From: Candidatus Megaera sp.
GTDB taxonomy: Bacteria > Pseudomonadota > Alphaproteobacteria > Rickettsiales > Rickettsiaceae
Reading direction: 5' to 3'
Assembly: GCA_965229545.1 (NCBI GenBank)
Contig: OZ245887.1
Location: 1,244,443 to 1,308,442, forward strand
Length of the DNA stretch: 64,000 nucleotides
In this document: piece by piece, positions 1-9,300 of the stretch
Numbering within the stretch: the first letter of the stretch is position 1
Layout of the letters: each line of letters begins with the position of its first letter
Notes under the pieces: generated by a model
The model's database searches: none
What the model was told of the DNA's origin: nothing
What the model saw: the letters and a program-made list of their open reading frames with translations, nothing else
Translations under genes and position numbers: made by a program

Positions 1-246
1 AATCAACATATGTTATAGCATAAATCCCTCTGATTTACAAATCCTTGCTTATAATTAAACCGGAAAAAACAGGTTATTCAGCCTGAGTCCTCTAGTTAGT
101 TATGATTAACTGCAAGTTATATTTTGCGGAATAATCAGCATCCTGGGATATGTTCAAAATAAGTTCTGCAAAATTATTGTATGTCTTGTCGTAATCTAAA
201 TTTACCATAAGAACTCTCAAAATTAGGTGATAATAAGTTTTAGCTT

Positions 247-600
247 CTAAAAAAACTTTTTATAAATGTTTTTAAACTCCTCAACAGTGATGAACAATGA
301 ATCAACTAAAGGTAGTTTCTGAACTCCACATTCTACATATAACTCATGAAATTCGGACTTTTGTTGTTCTGTATAGAGGGGTTCACCATTATCGTTAAAT
401 TTAATGTTCTTTAAGCTACTATCCGGTTTTAGGAGCTTATCGAGGTTGTGGTAATTTCCATGTCCTATTTCTTTACAAATAGTTGCTGGTGATGGAGTAT
501 CCTTAAAGTCAAGGCCGAAGCCAAGAACCAAGAGGCTAATTACTGCTAAAGCTACAAACCAGACAAGTATTCCTGTTATATGTTTTTTTAATACGTTCAT
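247..600 (-). CDS. hypothetical protein with N-terminal transmembrane/signal segment
   Basis: 117-aa ORF with hydrophobic ILVWFVALAVISLLVLGFG; directly downstream of the 607-1306 gene. Confidence 0.6.
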   Translation of the reverse strand: MNVLKKHITGILVWFVALAVISLLVLGFGLDFKDTPSPATICKEIGHGNYHNLDKLLKPDSSLKNIKFNDNGEPLYTEQQKSEFHELYVECGVQKLPLVDSLFITVEEFKNIYKKFF

Positions 601-606
601 GGGTTT

Positions 607-1306
607 TTAGAGATCAATATTTAGAGTGTCGATAATCACCTCCGGGCTTAAACCGGTATAATCCTTAGTATCGTTTTGAATAATTCGGCCTCGGATTTTG
701 GTAAGAGCCGGTAAAACCAGAGCAGTTTCTGATTCTTCAATTTTTTTAATTAAGCGATTAATTGAATCTTTCGATTTTTCATCTGTTTTTGTTTTTAGAT
801 CATCTTTTAATGATGGTAGTTTCTTTTTGAATGCAACCGATACCGGTACTGTTTTTGCTTTGATATTTATTATACGACCATCTATTTCGTGATTTTTAAT
901 AATACCGTTATCTTCACAGGTAATTCCTTTAAAGCTGATTTCAATAGTATCAGGGTTAACAACACTCGAGTGAGCGAATCCTGGGGATTATACATAGGTT
1001 TTGGGATCCGGCAAGTTCGATACCAACATCTGCTCGCAAACTACGACCACTTGTTAAAACTGCTAACTCATTCATTAATTTTCCGGAAAAAGATTTGCCA
1101 TTAATAAAATTCTCTATCGAAAAATCAGTTTTAGCAAAATCAGGCTTTTGCGGTGAATTCAAGGCTTTGCGCGAAGATGAAAAGATAATATGCTGAGTAA
1201 AAAGCAGAACACCTATGCCTGAAACCAGAGAAAGGGTAGTTATTTTGGTTGCAACACCTTCCATCCCAATAAAGGAGAAAGCATTTTTAATTTTATTTAT
1301 ATTCAT
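607..1306 (-). pseudogene. frameshifted membrane-anchored protein, possible remote VirB10/TraB-like domain
   Basis: Removing one base from the G4 run at 983-986 joins the 116-aa ORF to an open frame (IPGFAHSSVVNPDTIEISFKGITCEDNG...IIDTLNIDL*), giving 232 aa. Confidence 0.55.
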
Positions 1307-1336
1307 GATATTTTTTCTTATTTAAAGTCCATGAAT

Positions 1337-1585
1337 TTATAAACTCTTAAGCAATTGCTCAAATTTGTTTACTTCATTAGACACTGCTGCTTTTTGCATT
1401 TCAATAGCAATTTTAGTTATGATATTACGATTTTCAGGTAAATAATGCTTCTCGGCTAGTTTTAGTAAATCTTCCGCTTCTTTCAGAAAACACCTTGATT
1501 TTGAAATGTCGATAAATTGATAAAACAGAGGAGCGAGTGGGTTTTCTGAAAAATCATCGTAACTATTGTTATGTTTTATGTTCAT
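1337..1585 (-). CDS. hypothetical protein (82 aa)
   Basis: Co-oriented between parB and the 1306 gene, ATG start. Confidence 0.5.
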   Translation of the reverse strand: MNIKHNNSYDDFSENPLAPLFYQFIDISKSRCFLKEAEDLLKLAEKHYLPENRNIITKIAIEMQKAAVSNEVNKFEQLLKSL

Positions 1586-1616
1586 AAACGACTTCTTAGT
1601 ATAAAAATATCTTTGG

Positions 1617-2396
1617 TTATTTATCTTTAAAAAATTCTACCAGTAAATTACTGATTTTTTCCTTATCAATATTCAAGTTGCCTGAAAATACGATACCGTC
1701 TTTTTTCCATGAGCCAATTACTTTTCCAGAGGGTAGGGTAATTAGTTCCTGCTTAACAGTTTCTTTGGTATTGATGATTTTATTGACCAGTTTTTCAATA
1801 TGTACACTACCTGCACCTTTTTTGATATCTTCAGCAATCTCGATGATTGCTTTTTTATGAGCGGGAGATTTTTTGGAAAGAGCCAGGATGGTTTCAGCGG
1901 CTCTTGCCGATACCCGTCCCATGTTACTGACTGCGTCCCAGATATCCTGATCTATTTTTGCAAAGGCAAGGTAGTTCTGCATTTTTTTCCTTGAGCAGCC
2001 AACTATTTCAGCTAACTTTTCCTGGGTAAGTTTTCCGTCCCGGTGCAGTTTTGCGTAGGATAGGCCTTTTGAATATTCACTTAAGGCCAGTTTTTCATTT
2101 TCCTTGATCTGGATGGTTGCAGCTTCTGCATCGGAAGTTTCAACAACTATTGCATCAATAGGAAGGTTAGCGGTTAAACAGGCCTGAAGGCGACGACTAC
2201 CTGCTATGACTTCATATTTGAATTTGCTATCGTCTTTAATAGGCCTAACGTAAATAGGGTTAATCTGACCGTTGCGTTTAATATCTTCGGCCAAAAGGTT
2301 AATGTCACCGAATTCAAAAGAATTGCGATCGGTATATTTCCATCTGGTACAAAGGCTTGGGTCGATTTTAATGATTTTCATAACACGTAAACTCAT
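1617..2396 (-). CDS. parB: ParB/RepB/Spo0J-family partition protein
   Basis: ParB N-domain motifs LAEDIKRNGQINPIYVRP, YEVIAGSRRLQA, IQIKENE; HTH LTQEKLAEIVGCSRKKMQNYL. Confidence 0.9.
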   Translation of the reverse strand: MSLRVMKIIKIDPSLCTRWKYTDRNSFEFGDINLLAEDIKRNGQINPIYVRPIKDDSKFKYEVIAGSRRLQACLTANLPIDAIVVETSDAEAATIQIKENEKLALSEYSKGLSYAKLHRDGKLTQEKLAEIVGCSRKKMQNYLAFAKIDQDIWDAVSNMGRVSARAAETILALSKKSPAHKKAIIEIAEDIKKGAGSVHIEKLVNKIINTKETVKQELITLPSGKVIGSWKKDGIVFSGNLNIDKEKISNLLVEFFKDK

Positions 2397-2814
2397 ATCT
2401 TATCTATACCCTAATAGTATACATGAAATAACCAGACAAAACAAGAAAAATATCAAAATATAATATTAAATATCATTACTTATTGTTATCATATTATAAT
2501 AGTAATACTATTATCATAAATAGTTAAAAAAAAGTTAAAAGATTTGATTTGACGGCTAGAGGTATGGAAAGAGTAAAAAGACGCTGTAAAACAGAGTCGG
2601 GCTTGATTGGAGCGGTAAGATCTAATGGAAGTAAGGGGGAGACGTAAGAGCTTAGAGCGCGCTGTAACAAGGCGACAAACAGTGTCTTATCTTCTTACTA
2701 TTTCCGTGATGAAAACCGTGTAACCCATCAAATCAACCCGAAAAGGTTTAAAGTAGGTAAGGGAAGTTAAAACAGGCAGTAGCTCAAGGGTAAGGTGTGA
2801 GACAAAGGTTAAGA

Positions 2815-2841
2815 AAAAAAGCTCCAGATGGAGCATTTTTT
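2815..2841 (+). terminator. terminator-like hairpin inside module 1
   Basis: A-tract, gctcc-agat-ggagc, then a T-tract. Confidence 0.6.
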
Positions 2842-2987
2842 CCGTTTAAGGAGCTATTTACCCTTAGGGATAGTTAAAAGTAATTGACACTAAAAAGGAG
2901 GGGTATTGTTTAGCTGTGTGTTTTTATGACAACTATTCTTGAGTGGTAAGAAAATAATAAGAAAAAATATAAATATTCTTTTTATTG

Positions 2988-3016
2988 TTGATATTTTAGA
3001 ATATTCTATATATAAT
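2988..3016 (+). promoter_or_regulatory. sigma70-type promoter
   Basis: TTGATA-N17-TATAAT, followed by AAGGAGA RBS and ATG at 3052; conserved in module 2. Confidence 0.7.
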
Positions 3017-3051
3017 ATAAGTATAAGTAAATAAATAAAGGAGACAAAAAA

Positions 3052-3215
3052 ATGAACACACAATACAGCAGGAAATAATGAACCCGATTAATCAAATCAG
3101 CATCGCTACTACCGATAAGACTAACAGGGAATATCAAATTACGTTGTTGAGGCAATATTTAACGAGGGGTGTCAAAGAAATTAAAAAGCTTATTGATAAT
3201 AATTCAGCAGAATAA
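3052..3215 (+). pseudogene. short peptide (~54 aa if a 1-nt deletion is restored) homologous to the N-terminus of the 4811 LRR protein
   Basis: Same RBS and ATG context as 4811; restored reading QQEIMNPINQISIATTDKTNREYQITLLRQYLT vs QQEIINLINQISIATTDKGNDEYQIELLTQHLT. Confidence 0.65.
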
Positions 3216-3231
3216 GGGGGGGTAAAAGATT

Positions 3232-3705
3232 ATGAGTACAAGAGCAACTTATCAAATAAGCTATGCAGATAATTATAGGAATACATCCATTTATATTTAC
3301 TGCCATCATGATAACTACCATACCGGGGCAGCTACCAGATTCAAGGATACGTTAGAGTTAAGGAAACGGCTTAAAAAGAAATATTTAAACAATGATTTCC
3401 TGGAATGTTTTATTGCCGCTAATACTAAGAATACTTTTTTAGAGATAACGACTAATCATGACGACCATTTCGACACGGATTATTCGTACGATATAGTAAT
3501 TATGGATGGCATATATTTAAAGGCTTATAACCATTACTTTGTTAACGGTCAGAAATTTCACACTGAGAAATCTTTATACTACGATGGATTACTTATAGAC
3601 TTCATGAAGATGGAGCTATCGGAAGAAAATATAAAAAAAGAAGAAGAACAAGAGGAGCGTATAAGGCAATTAGAGATAATGACCAGTTGGTATATACAAA
3701 AGTAA
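3232..3705 (+). CDS. hypothetical protein resembling a phage/plasmid family with MSTRA...IYCHxDxY N-terminus
   Basis: 157 aa, G-rich RBS upstream; motif recognised by eye only. Confidence 0.7.
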   Translation: MSTRATYQISYADNYRNTSIYIYCHHDNYHTGAATRFKDTLELRKRLKKKYLNNDFLECFIAANTKNTFLEITTNHDDHFDTDYSYDIVIMDGIYLKAYNHYFVNGQKFHTEKSLYYDGLLIDFMKMELSEENIKKEEEQEERIRQLEIMTSWYIQK

Positions 3706-3755
3706 ATAAAAAGTAACTAAAAAATATGTAATTATAAACAAAATGGAGGAATAAA

Positions 3756-4166
3756 ATGAGCAAAAAAGAAAAATGGGAAACTGAACCTGATTATCTACAC
3801 TGCATAGATGAAGAAACGGGATACTTTTATTACATTTATAGAGATCCTGAATGCAAGCATTTATGCGGTTATGTGGAAATACCCAATACACACAAAGTAT
3901 ATTGGCTTTCTTATATGGATGAGTTGTTCTACGACATAGACGTTCACGGAGGCGTAGCTTATACCGGAACGTTGGAAAATCCTTACGCAAAGGATATCAG
4001 GCATAACTATGTAGTTGGTTTTGATTGTAATTATGCCGGCGATTATGCCCCGGCCAGAAAATATCCTGATTTTTACAAGGTATCGAAAAAAGATTATAAG
4101 GATATGGATTTTGTAATATCAGAATGTAAAAAACTAGCTAAACAGTTAAAGGATATGGAGGATTAA
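3756..4166 (+). CDS. hypothetical protein resembling a phage family with HLCGYV...DVHGG...GFDC motifs
   Basis: 136 aa, GGAGG RBS; motifs HLCGYVEIP, IDVHGGVAY, VGFDCNYAGD. Confidence 0.75.
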   Translation: MSKKEKWETEPDYLHCIDEETGYFYYIYRDPECKHLCGYVEIPNTHKVYWLSYMDELFYDIDVHGGVAYTGTLENPYAKDIRHNYVVGFDCNYAGDYAPARKYPDFYKVSKKDYKDMDFVISECKKLAKQLKDMED

Positions 4167-4572
4167 AGATAAAGCTATTAGTATAACCCCTTATATATTA
4201 AATAACCGGATAAAAAATATCCAAATATAATTTTGAAAATAGCTATTTATTATTATATTATATTAATAGTACTATTACCTTAAGCGGTTAAAAAAAGTTA
4301 AGAGATTGGATTTAGCGGGGAGGGCAACAGGATGTGCGGCAAGGGAACGCTGCGAAACAGAGCATAGGCTTGATTGGAGTGGGAAGATGTAATGGAAGTA
4401 AGGGGGCATAACAGCTTGGAGCATGATGTAACAAGTCAACAAACAGTGCCTTTGCCTCTTTCCGTGAAGTCATTATGCCCCCGCCCACCAAATCAACCCG
4501 CAAAGGGTTGGAGTAGGAAAGGGAAGTTGGAACAGATCGTAGCTCAAGGGTAAGTTGTGGTACGGCGGTTAA

Positions 4573-4602
4573 GTAAAAAAGCTCCAGATGGAGCTTTTTT
4601 AC
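4573..4602. terminator. perfect 13-bp-stem hairpin, bidirectional terminator-like
   Basis: gtaaaaaagctcc-agat-ggagcttttttac. Confidence 0.65.
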
Positions 4603-4745
4603 ATTTAATCGGTTATTTACTCTTAAGAAGATAGTTAAGTAATGGACACTAAAAAGAGGGGGTAGTTTAGCTGTGTGCTTTAACGGTAACTATTCCCATG
4701 CGGTAAAAAATAATGTAAAAAAAGATATAAATATTCTTTTTATTA

Positions 4746-4774
4746 TTGATGTTCTTAAATATTCTATATATAAT
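4746..4774 (+). promoter_or_regulatory. sigma70-type promoter
   Basis: TTGATG-N17-TATAAT, then AAGGAGA RBS and ATG at 4811. Confidence 0.65.
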
Positions 4775-4810
4775 ATAAGTATAAGGTAAATAAATAAAGG
4801 AGACAAAAAA

Positions 4811-5347
4811 ATGAACACACAAACACAACAGGAAATAATAAACCTGATTAATCAAATCAGCATCGCTACTACTGATAAGGGCAACGATGAATACCAAATT
4901 GAATTACTGACCCAACATTTAACAGAAATAGCTAAGGGTGTTGATATCAGAACAATGTTCGTACCCGACGGTAAAATAGGAGATGCGGGAGCTATAGCAC
5001 TGGCAGCAATCCTAAAGCAAAACACCACATTGGAACAACTTGCCATTCAAAATCACAATATAGGAGATAAGGGAGCTATAGCCCTTGCAGAGGGCTTAAA
5101 GCATAACACCACAGTAAGGTTGATTGACCTTTCCCATAATAAGATCGGCGAAGTAGGGATTGTTGTCATGGCCGAAGCTATTAAGCAGAATGCTACCATT
5201 GAATTAGTTATCCTTCAGGGGATTGATATGACTGCAAAATGTTCTGCGGCACTTAATAAAGTCTGGGAAAGGATTCGGGAGGTGGAGGAAGAAGATCCCC
5301 ATCAAAATTGCGTTGGGTGTGGGTGTTGTGTACCAGATTGGTTATAA
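4811..5347 (+). CDS. leucine-rich repeat protein (RNase-inhibitor/NLR-like 28-aa repeats) with Cys-rich tail
   Basis: Repeats IGDAGAIALAAILKQNTTLEQL / IGDKGAIALAEGLKHNTTVRLIDL / IGEVGIVVMAEAIKQNATIELV; C-terminal CVGCGCC. Confidence 0.85.
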   Translation: MNTQTQQEIINLINQISIATTDKGNDEYQIELLTQHLTEIAKGVDIRTMFVPDGKIGDAGAIALAAILKQNTTLEQLAIQNHNIGDKGAIALAEGLKHNTTVRLIDLSHNKIGEVGIVVMAEAIKQNATIELVILQGIDMTAKCSAALNKVWERIREVEEEDPHQNCVGCGCCVPDWL

Positions 5348-5388
5348 GGAAAAGTTAAAATAAAAAACAATAAAAACGGAGTAAAAAA

Positions 5389-5919
5389 ATGATTAAATTA
5401 AGACGGGTATTCTCAGGCATACATATTGAACCCTTTTATAAAGACTATTATTTACCGCAGTTTAATTTGCAAGAAAAACTATGGGACGGTTACCACGATG
5501 TTATTATACCTGATTTTATAATTCAGGAAGAGGCAAAAGAAAATTACGACGTTGCAGACTTTGACAATGATGAAGAAGAGATGCTGTGGACAGTAAGAAA
5601 CACGATGATTGATGATGCTTTAATGTATAATTGGGTTTATGCTCCTCGTGTTTACAACGAAGAAGTAGCACACTTATGTCATCTAATACCTTTTAGACTC
5701 ACCACATCAGAAGAAGATTATGAATTGTTATCTTTTGGCGGTTGCGGGATGGATATGACATACAAACTTGAAGCTTACCAGTTACTAGCGGATGATTCAT
5801 ACGACGCAAATTCAAATTTTGCCAAACAGGGCATTAAGTATTTTGAATATTATTACGGGAAAGAAAGCGGGGTATTACAGGAAATAAAAAAGCGTTCCGA
5901 TTTAAAAATAGCAGGTTAA
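5389..5919 (+). CDS. acidic hypothetical protein
   Basis: 176 aa, GGAG RBS, D/E-rich, motif LLSFGGCGMDM. Confidence 0.7.
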   Translation: MIKLRRVFSGIHIEPFYKDYYLPQFNLQEKLWDGYHDVIIPDFIIQEEAKENYDVADFDNDEEEMLWTVRNTMIDDALMYNWVYAPRVYNEEVAHLCHLIPFRLTTSEEDYELLSFGGCGMDMTYKLEAYQLLADDSYDANSNFAKQGIKYFEYYYGKESGVLQEIKKRSDLKIAG

Positions 5920-6220
5920 AAGGTGTTAAAAAATTTATTTACATTCTTACTGCAGTTTTTAACTTTGTCACTGCAATTCTTGCAATTATAAAATTTCAAA
6001 AGCTTCCGGAAGCAAGGATCAATTAAAATCTCGATTGGTCAGATTTCCCGAAGCTTTGCTTCTAATAATCAGCATCTTCAAATACATATTAGACACTTTG
6101 TAACCCTGCTTACCGGAATCATTACTTTCACTTTAAAAATTCTTTAAGAGTAGATTTCAAATCACGAAAGTGATGAACGTTTTTACAAATATAAAAAACT
6201 AGCAGTCTTTTTTTAAGTGT

Positions 6221-6253
6221 AAGGGGGTGTCTTAAGGGGGCTTTTTGCCCCCT
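6221..6253. promoter_or_regulatory. candidate oriT-associated hairpin
   Basis: aagggggtgtcttaagggggc-ttttt-gccccct (7-bp inverted repeat) just upstream of traA; no canonical MOBQ nic sequence (TAAGTGCGCCCT) seen. Confidence 0.3.
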
Positions 6254-6327
6254 ATAAATTACCCCTGCAGGAACATAAAAAGGTAAAAATGATTGACCGT
6301 TAGGTTAGAGAGTAATAAAGTAAAAAT

Positions 6328-9300
6328 TTGGAATTCATGATAATGCGCGGTCTTGATATTATTCCGGGTGTACATGAGGGTTTTGCTAGATGGAGAGGGA
6401 GTACCGAGTTAAGGAAGCAGAATCAGGAAATAGCTTTTGAAAATGCCTCAAGGATAATAGCAGATCTGACTATTGTTATTGACAGGCTATCAATAGATAA
6501 GCCGGTATTTTCAGGTGATGATATAGAAAAAGCCTTGCATAAAGCTTTGATTGCAGGAATTAATCCGGACATTGTTAAAGAGAAGGAATCCCTGGAGTTA
6601 TGGTCTAAAAAGGAATTACTGTCAATGTATAACATAGTCGTTGCCTCTAATAAACTAAACCTGGTTAACCCATGTGATCTAAAGGGTCGGATGTTATTTG
6701 TAAGGATAGATCGGGTAGAACTGGAGAAGAGGTTTGAAGAAAATATCAGGGAATTAGCTGCAAAAGAAACCCATGTCATAAATATCAAAGAAGAAGATAT
6801 TGCAAAAGTAGCCAGGGGAGTTGAGTTTTCCGGAGAGCAGAAGCAGGCAATCATTGATATTCTGGCAGGTAGCAATATCAGTGTTCTTGAAGGATGGCCG
6901 GGAAGCGGTAAGACAACAGTAATACGAGAGATAGTCCGTCATTACAGGAAAGCCGGTTATACCGTTATCGGTACTGCGCCGACTAACAAGGCTTCAGCAG
7001 AACTCTTGGCCAAGGCCGGGATAGCAGAGGTGGAAAATACGACAAAGCTCCGGCAAATATGGCAGGAAGTCAAAGGCGGTAATAAAGCCGGATTAAATAT
7101 TAGAACTGATTATTACGAAGAAGAACAGTACAGTAGCGGCCTGGTAATATTACCTGAAAAAACCATATTGATAATTGATGAAGCATCAATGGTGGATCTT
7201 CCTACTCTTGATTATTTTACCAATGAAATTAGAGAGTGCGGCGGGAAGGTAATAAAGATCGGTGATAATAATCAGAATCCTGCAATAGGTTATAAAGGCG
7301 GTTTGTCAAAAACCGGTGATATAGCCGGTAGAACGGTTTTAATGGAAAATAACCGTCATCAGAACCGGGATGAGTATGTAAGAGAGATGCATAAGGAGGC
7401 AACAAAGGCCATGGGCCGCTATGAGATTGCCAAAGCCATCTCCATATATGAACGACTTGAGATGTTAAGGATTTTTGATAATGAAGAGCAAAAACAACGG
7501 GCCCTGGCAGATGATTATAGCTCTTTCGTAATTAATCTCTCTAAAGAGAAAGGAGATCTGATTGCCTTGAGTAATACGGCAATTGCAGCGTTTACCAACG
7601 CAGAAGTAGCCAATTTAAACGGCATGGTACGTAAGTCCCTTAAGAATGCCGGTATAATCAAGGGAGAAGGTCGGTTATATACCTCTGCAGCATCTACTTT
7701 GGAAAATCAGGAAGAGACGGATTTGCGCCAAAACATGATTGAGTTATGCCTTGGTGACAAGATCATCTTCAAGAGCAATAAACCGGAGTTTGAAGGTTAT
7801 GGCGGGGTTAGAAATAATGAACTAGGTATCATAACGGAACTTGGCGAAGTTGATGAGAATGGTGTTGGCCGGTTTAAAGCAAGAATCAGGCAAGGAAAGA
7901 ATAGTTATAAAGTAGTTGAGGTAAAAACCGGTGAAGACATATTACCGGTAAGTTTCAGGCATGGATATGCTTTAACCGGGCATGCTGTGCAAGGAGCGGA
8001 TGTTGAGTATTTTTTCTATAGTGTGGACAGGCATGGCGGTTATGAAGCCTTTAACGTCGGCGCATCAAGGCATAAGAAAGACTGCTTTATATATCTTGAT
8101 AAAGAGACGCTGGAAAATGTCGTATACGGTACTCGGGATCTGGATATAAGCAAGGTAAAAGAGGAGTTTGCGGCTTATGCCTATAAGTATCAGAAAGTAG
8201 AGGATAAATGGAAACCGGTAGACGTTCCTCTTTGGAAGGTAGGACTAAGATTGCTAATCTCAAGAAGGACGGATTTAAACTTTGCAACAGATTACGCCTT
8301 TTATGAAAAAGACCATAGACAGAGAGAAGCTTACCGGCAAAATATTGCAGGTAATCAGGCTAAATTAAATAAGTTATATGATGATCTAAACCGCTGGAGA
8401 GAAGATAAGGAAACACCGATACTTGAAAATAATCAGCAAATTGCCGGTGATAGCAAGGGTGCTGAAGAACTGGCAAAGGAACTGAAAAGTTTGAATTTAC
8501 TTGAAATCGCCTTGCAGAAAGATTTTACCTTAAGCCCTGGTGAAGTAATAATTGATCCTTTAGCAATAGCGGGCGTAGTTGATGATTATAGATACTTGAG
8601 AGAAAGTACTGGTAAGAAGTTCAAGTCCTCAAAGGATTTAACAGATAAAATCAACAAGCATGTAGCATCGTTAAAACTCAAGTTAGGCCAAGATAGTAAA
8701 GAAAAGATGAAATGGGATGCTTTGGATGAGATGGATAAAAATCTGATCATCCGCTCGCTCTTAAGTAAAAAGGATATATCATTTTTAGCCAAAGCAAGAA
8801 TCCGGATCAGGAAGTATGAAGAAAAAATTATTAGCGTCGCTAATAAAATCGCAGTAATTGACGAAAGCCTCAGCAAGCAGGCCGCGGTGGAGGGTAGGTT
8901 ACTTACGGGTAACCTCGGAGGCATGCGCAGGTACCTGGATGCAAGAGAAAGGGTAATAGCTGCTCAAAAAGTAATAGAAGAGCTTGATTCGTATTTGAAA
9001 AAACCGGCAATAGAAAAACAACTCTCTTATGAAGCATTTGCTACTTTTGGCATTAAAGTTACAAAATTCAATCTGACAGGTTTTGAAATAATCAGAGCAG
9101 GAAAGGCATTTAAAGCAAAGCATTTACATGATAATAGGGACAGAATCAGTCAATTAAAAAACGAACAGGAGAAACCGGAATCGGCAAAGGAGCTAAAAAG
9201 GCTTTATAATATCAAGTTGCAGAAAGAACGGTATTTAAAACAGTATGCCGGGGACGATAATATTTTAAATGATGATGAGGACAAGTATTTACTTGCCGGC

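Larger units (their letters stand above)
2494..3165 (+). repeat. structured promoter module, copy 1
   Basis: Collinear diverged direct repeat of 4261-4925 with shared blocks ggcttgattggag, aatggaagtaagggg, acaaacagtg, tttccgtga, caaatcaacccg, gtagctcaagggtaag, aaaaaagctccagatggagc. Confidence 0.9.
4261..4925 (+). repeat. structured promoter module, copy 2
   Basis: Diverged direct repeat of 2494-3165; starts with perfect palindrome taatagtactatta (4264-4277). Confidence 0.9.

Noticed and set aside
2494..4925. Repeats as a CRISPR array or tandem repeat
   Set aside because: Only two long diverged copies; no short repeat-spacer periodicity and no cas genes
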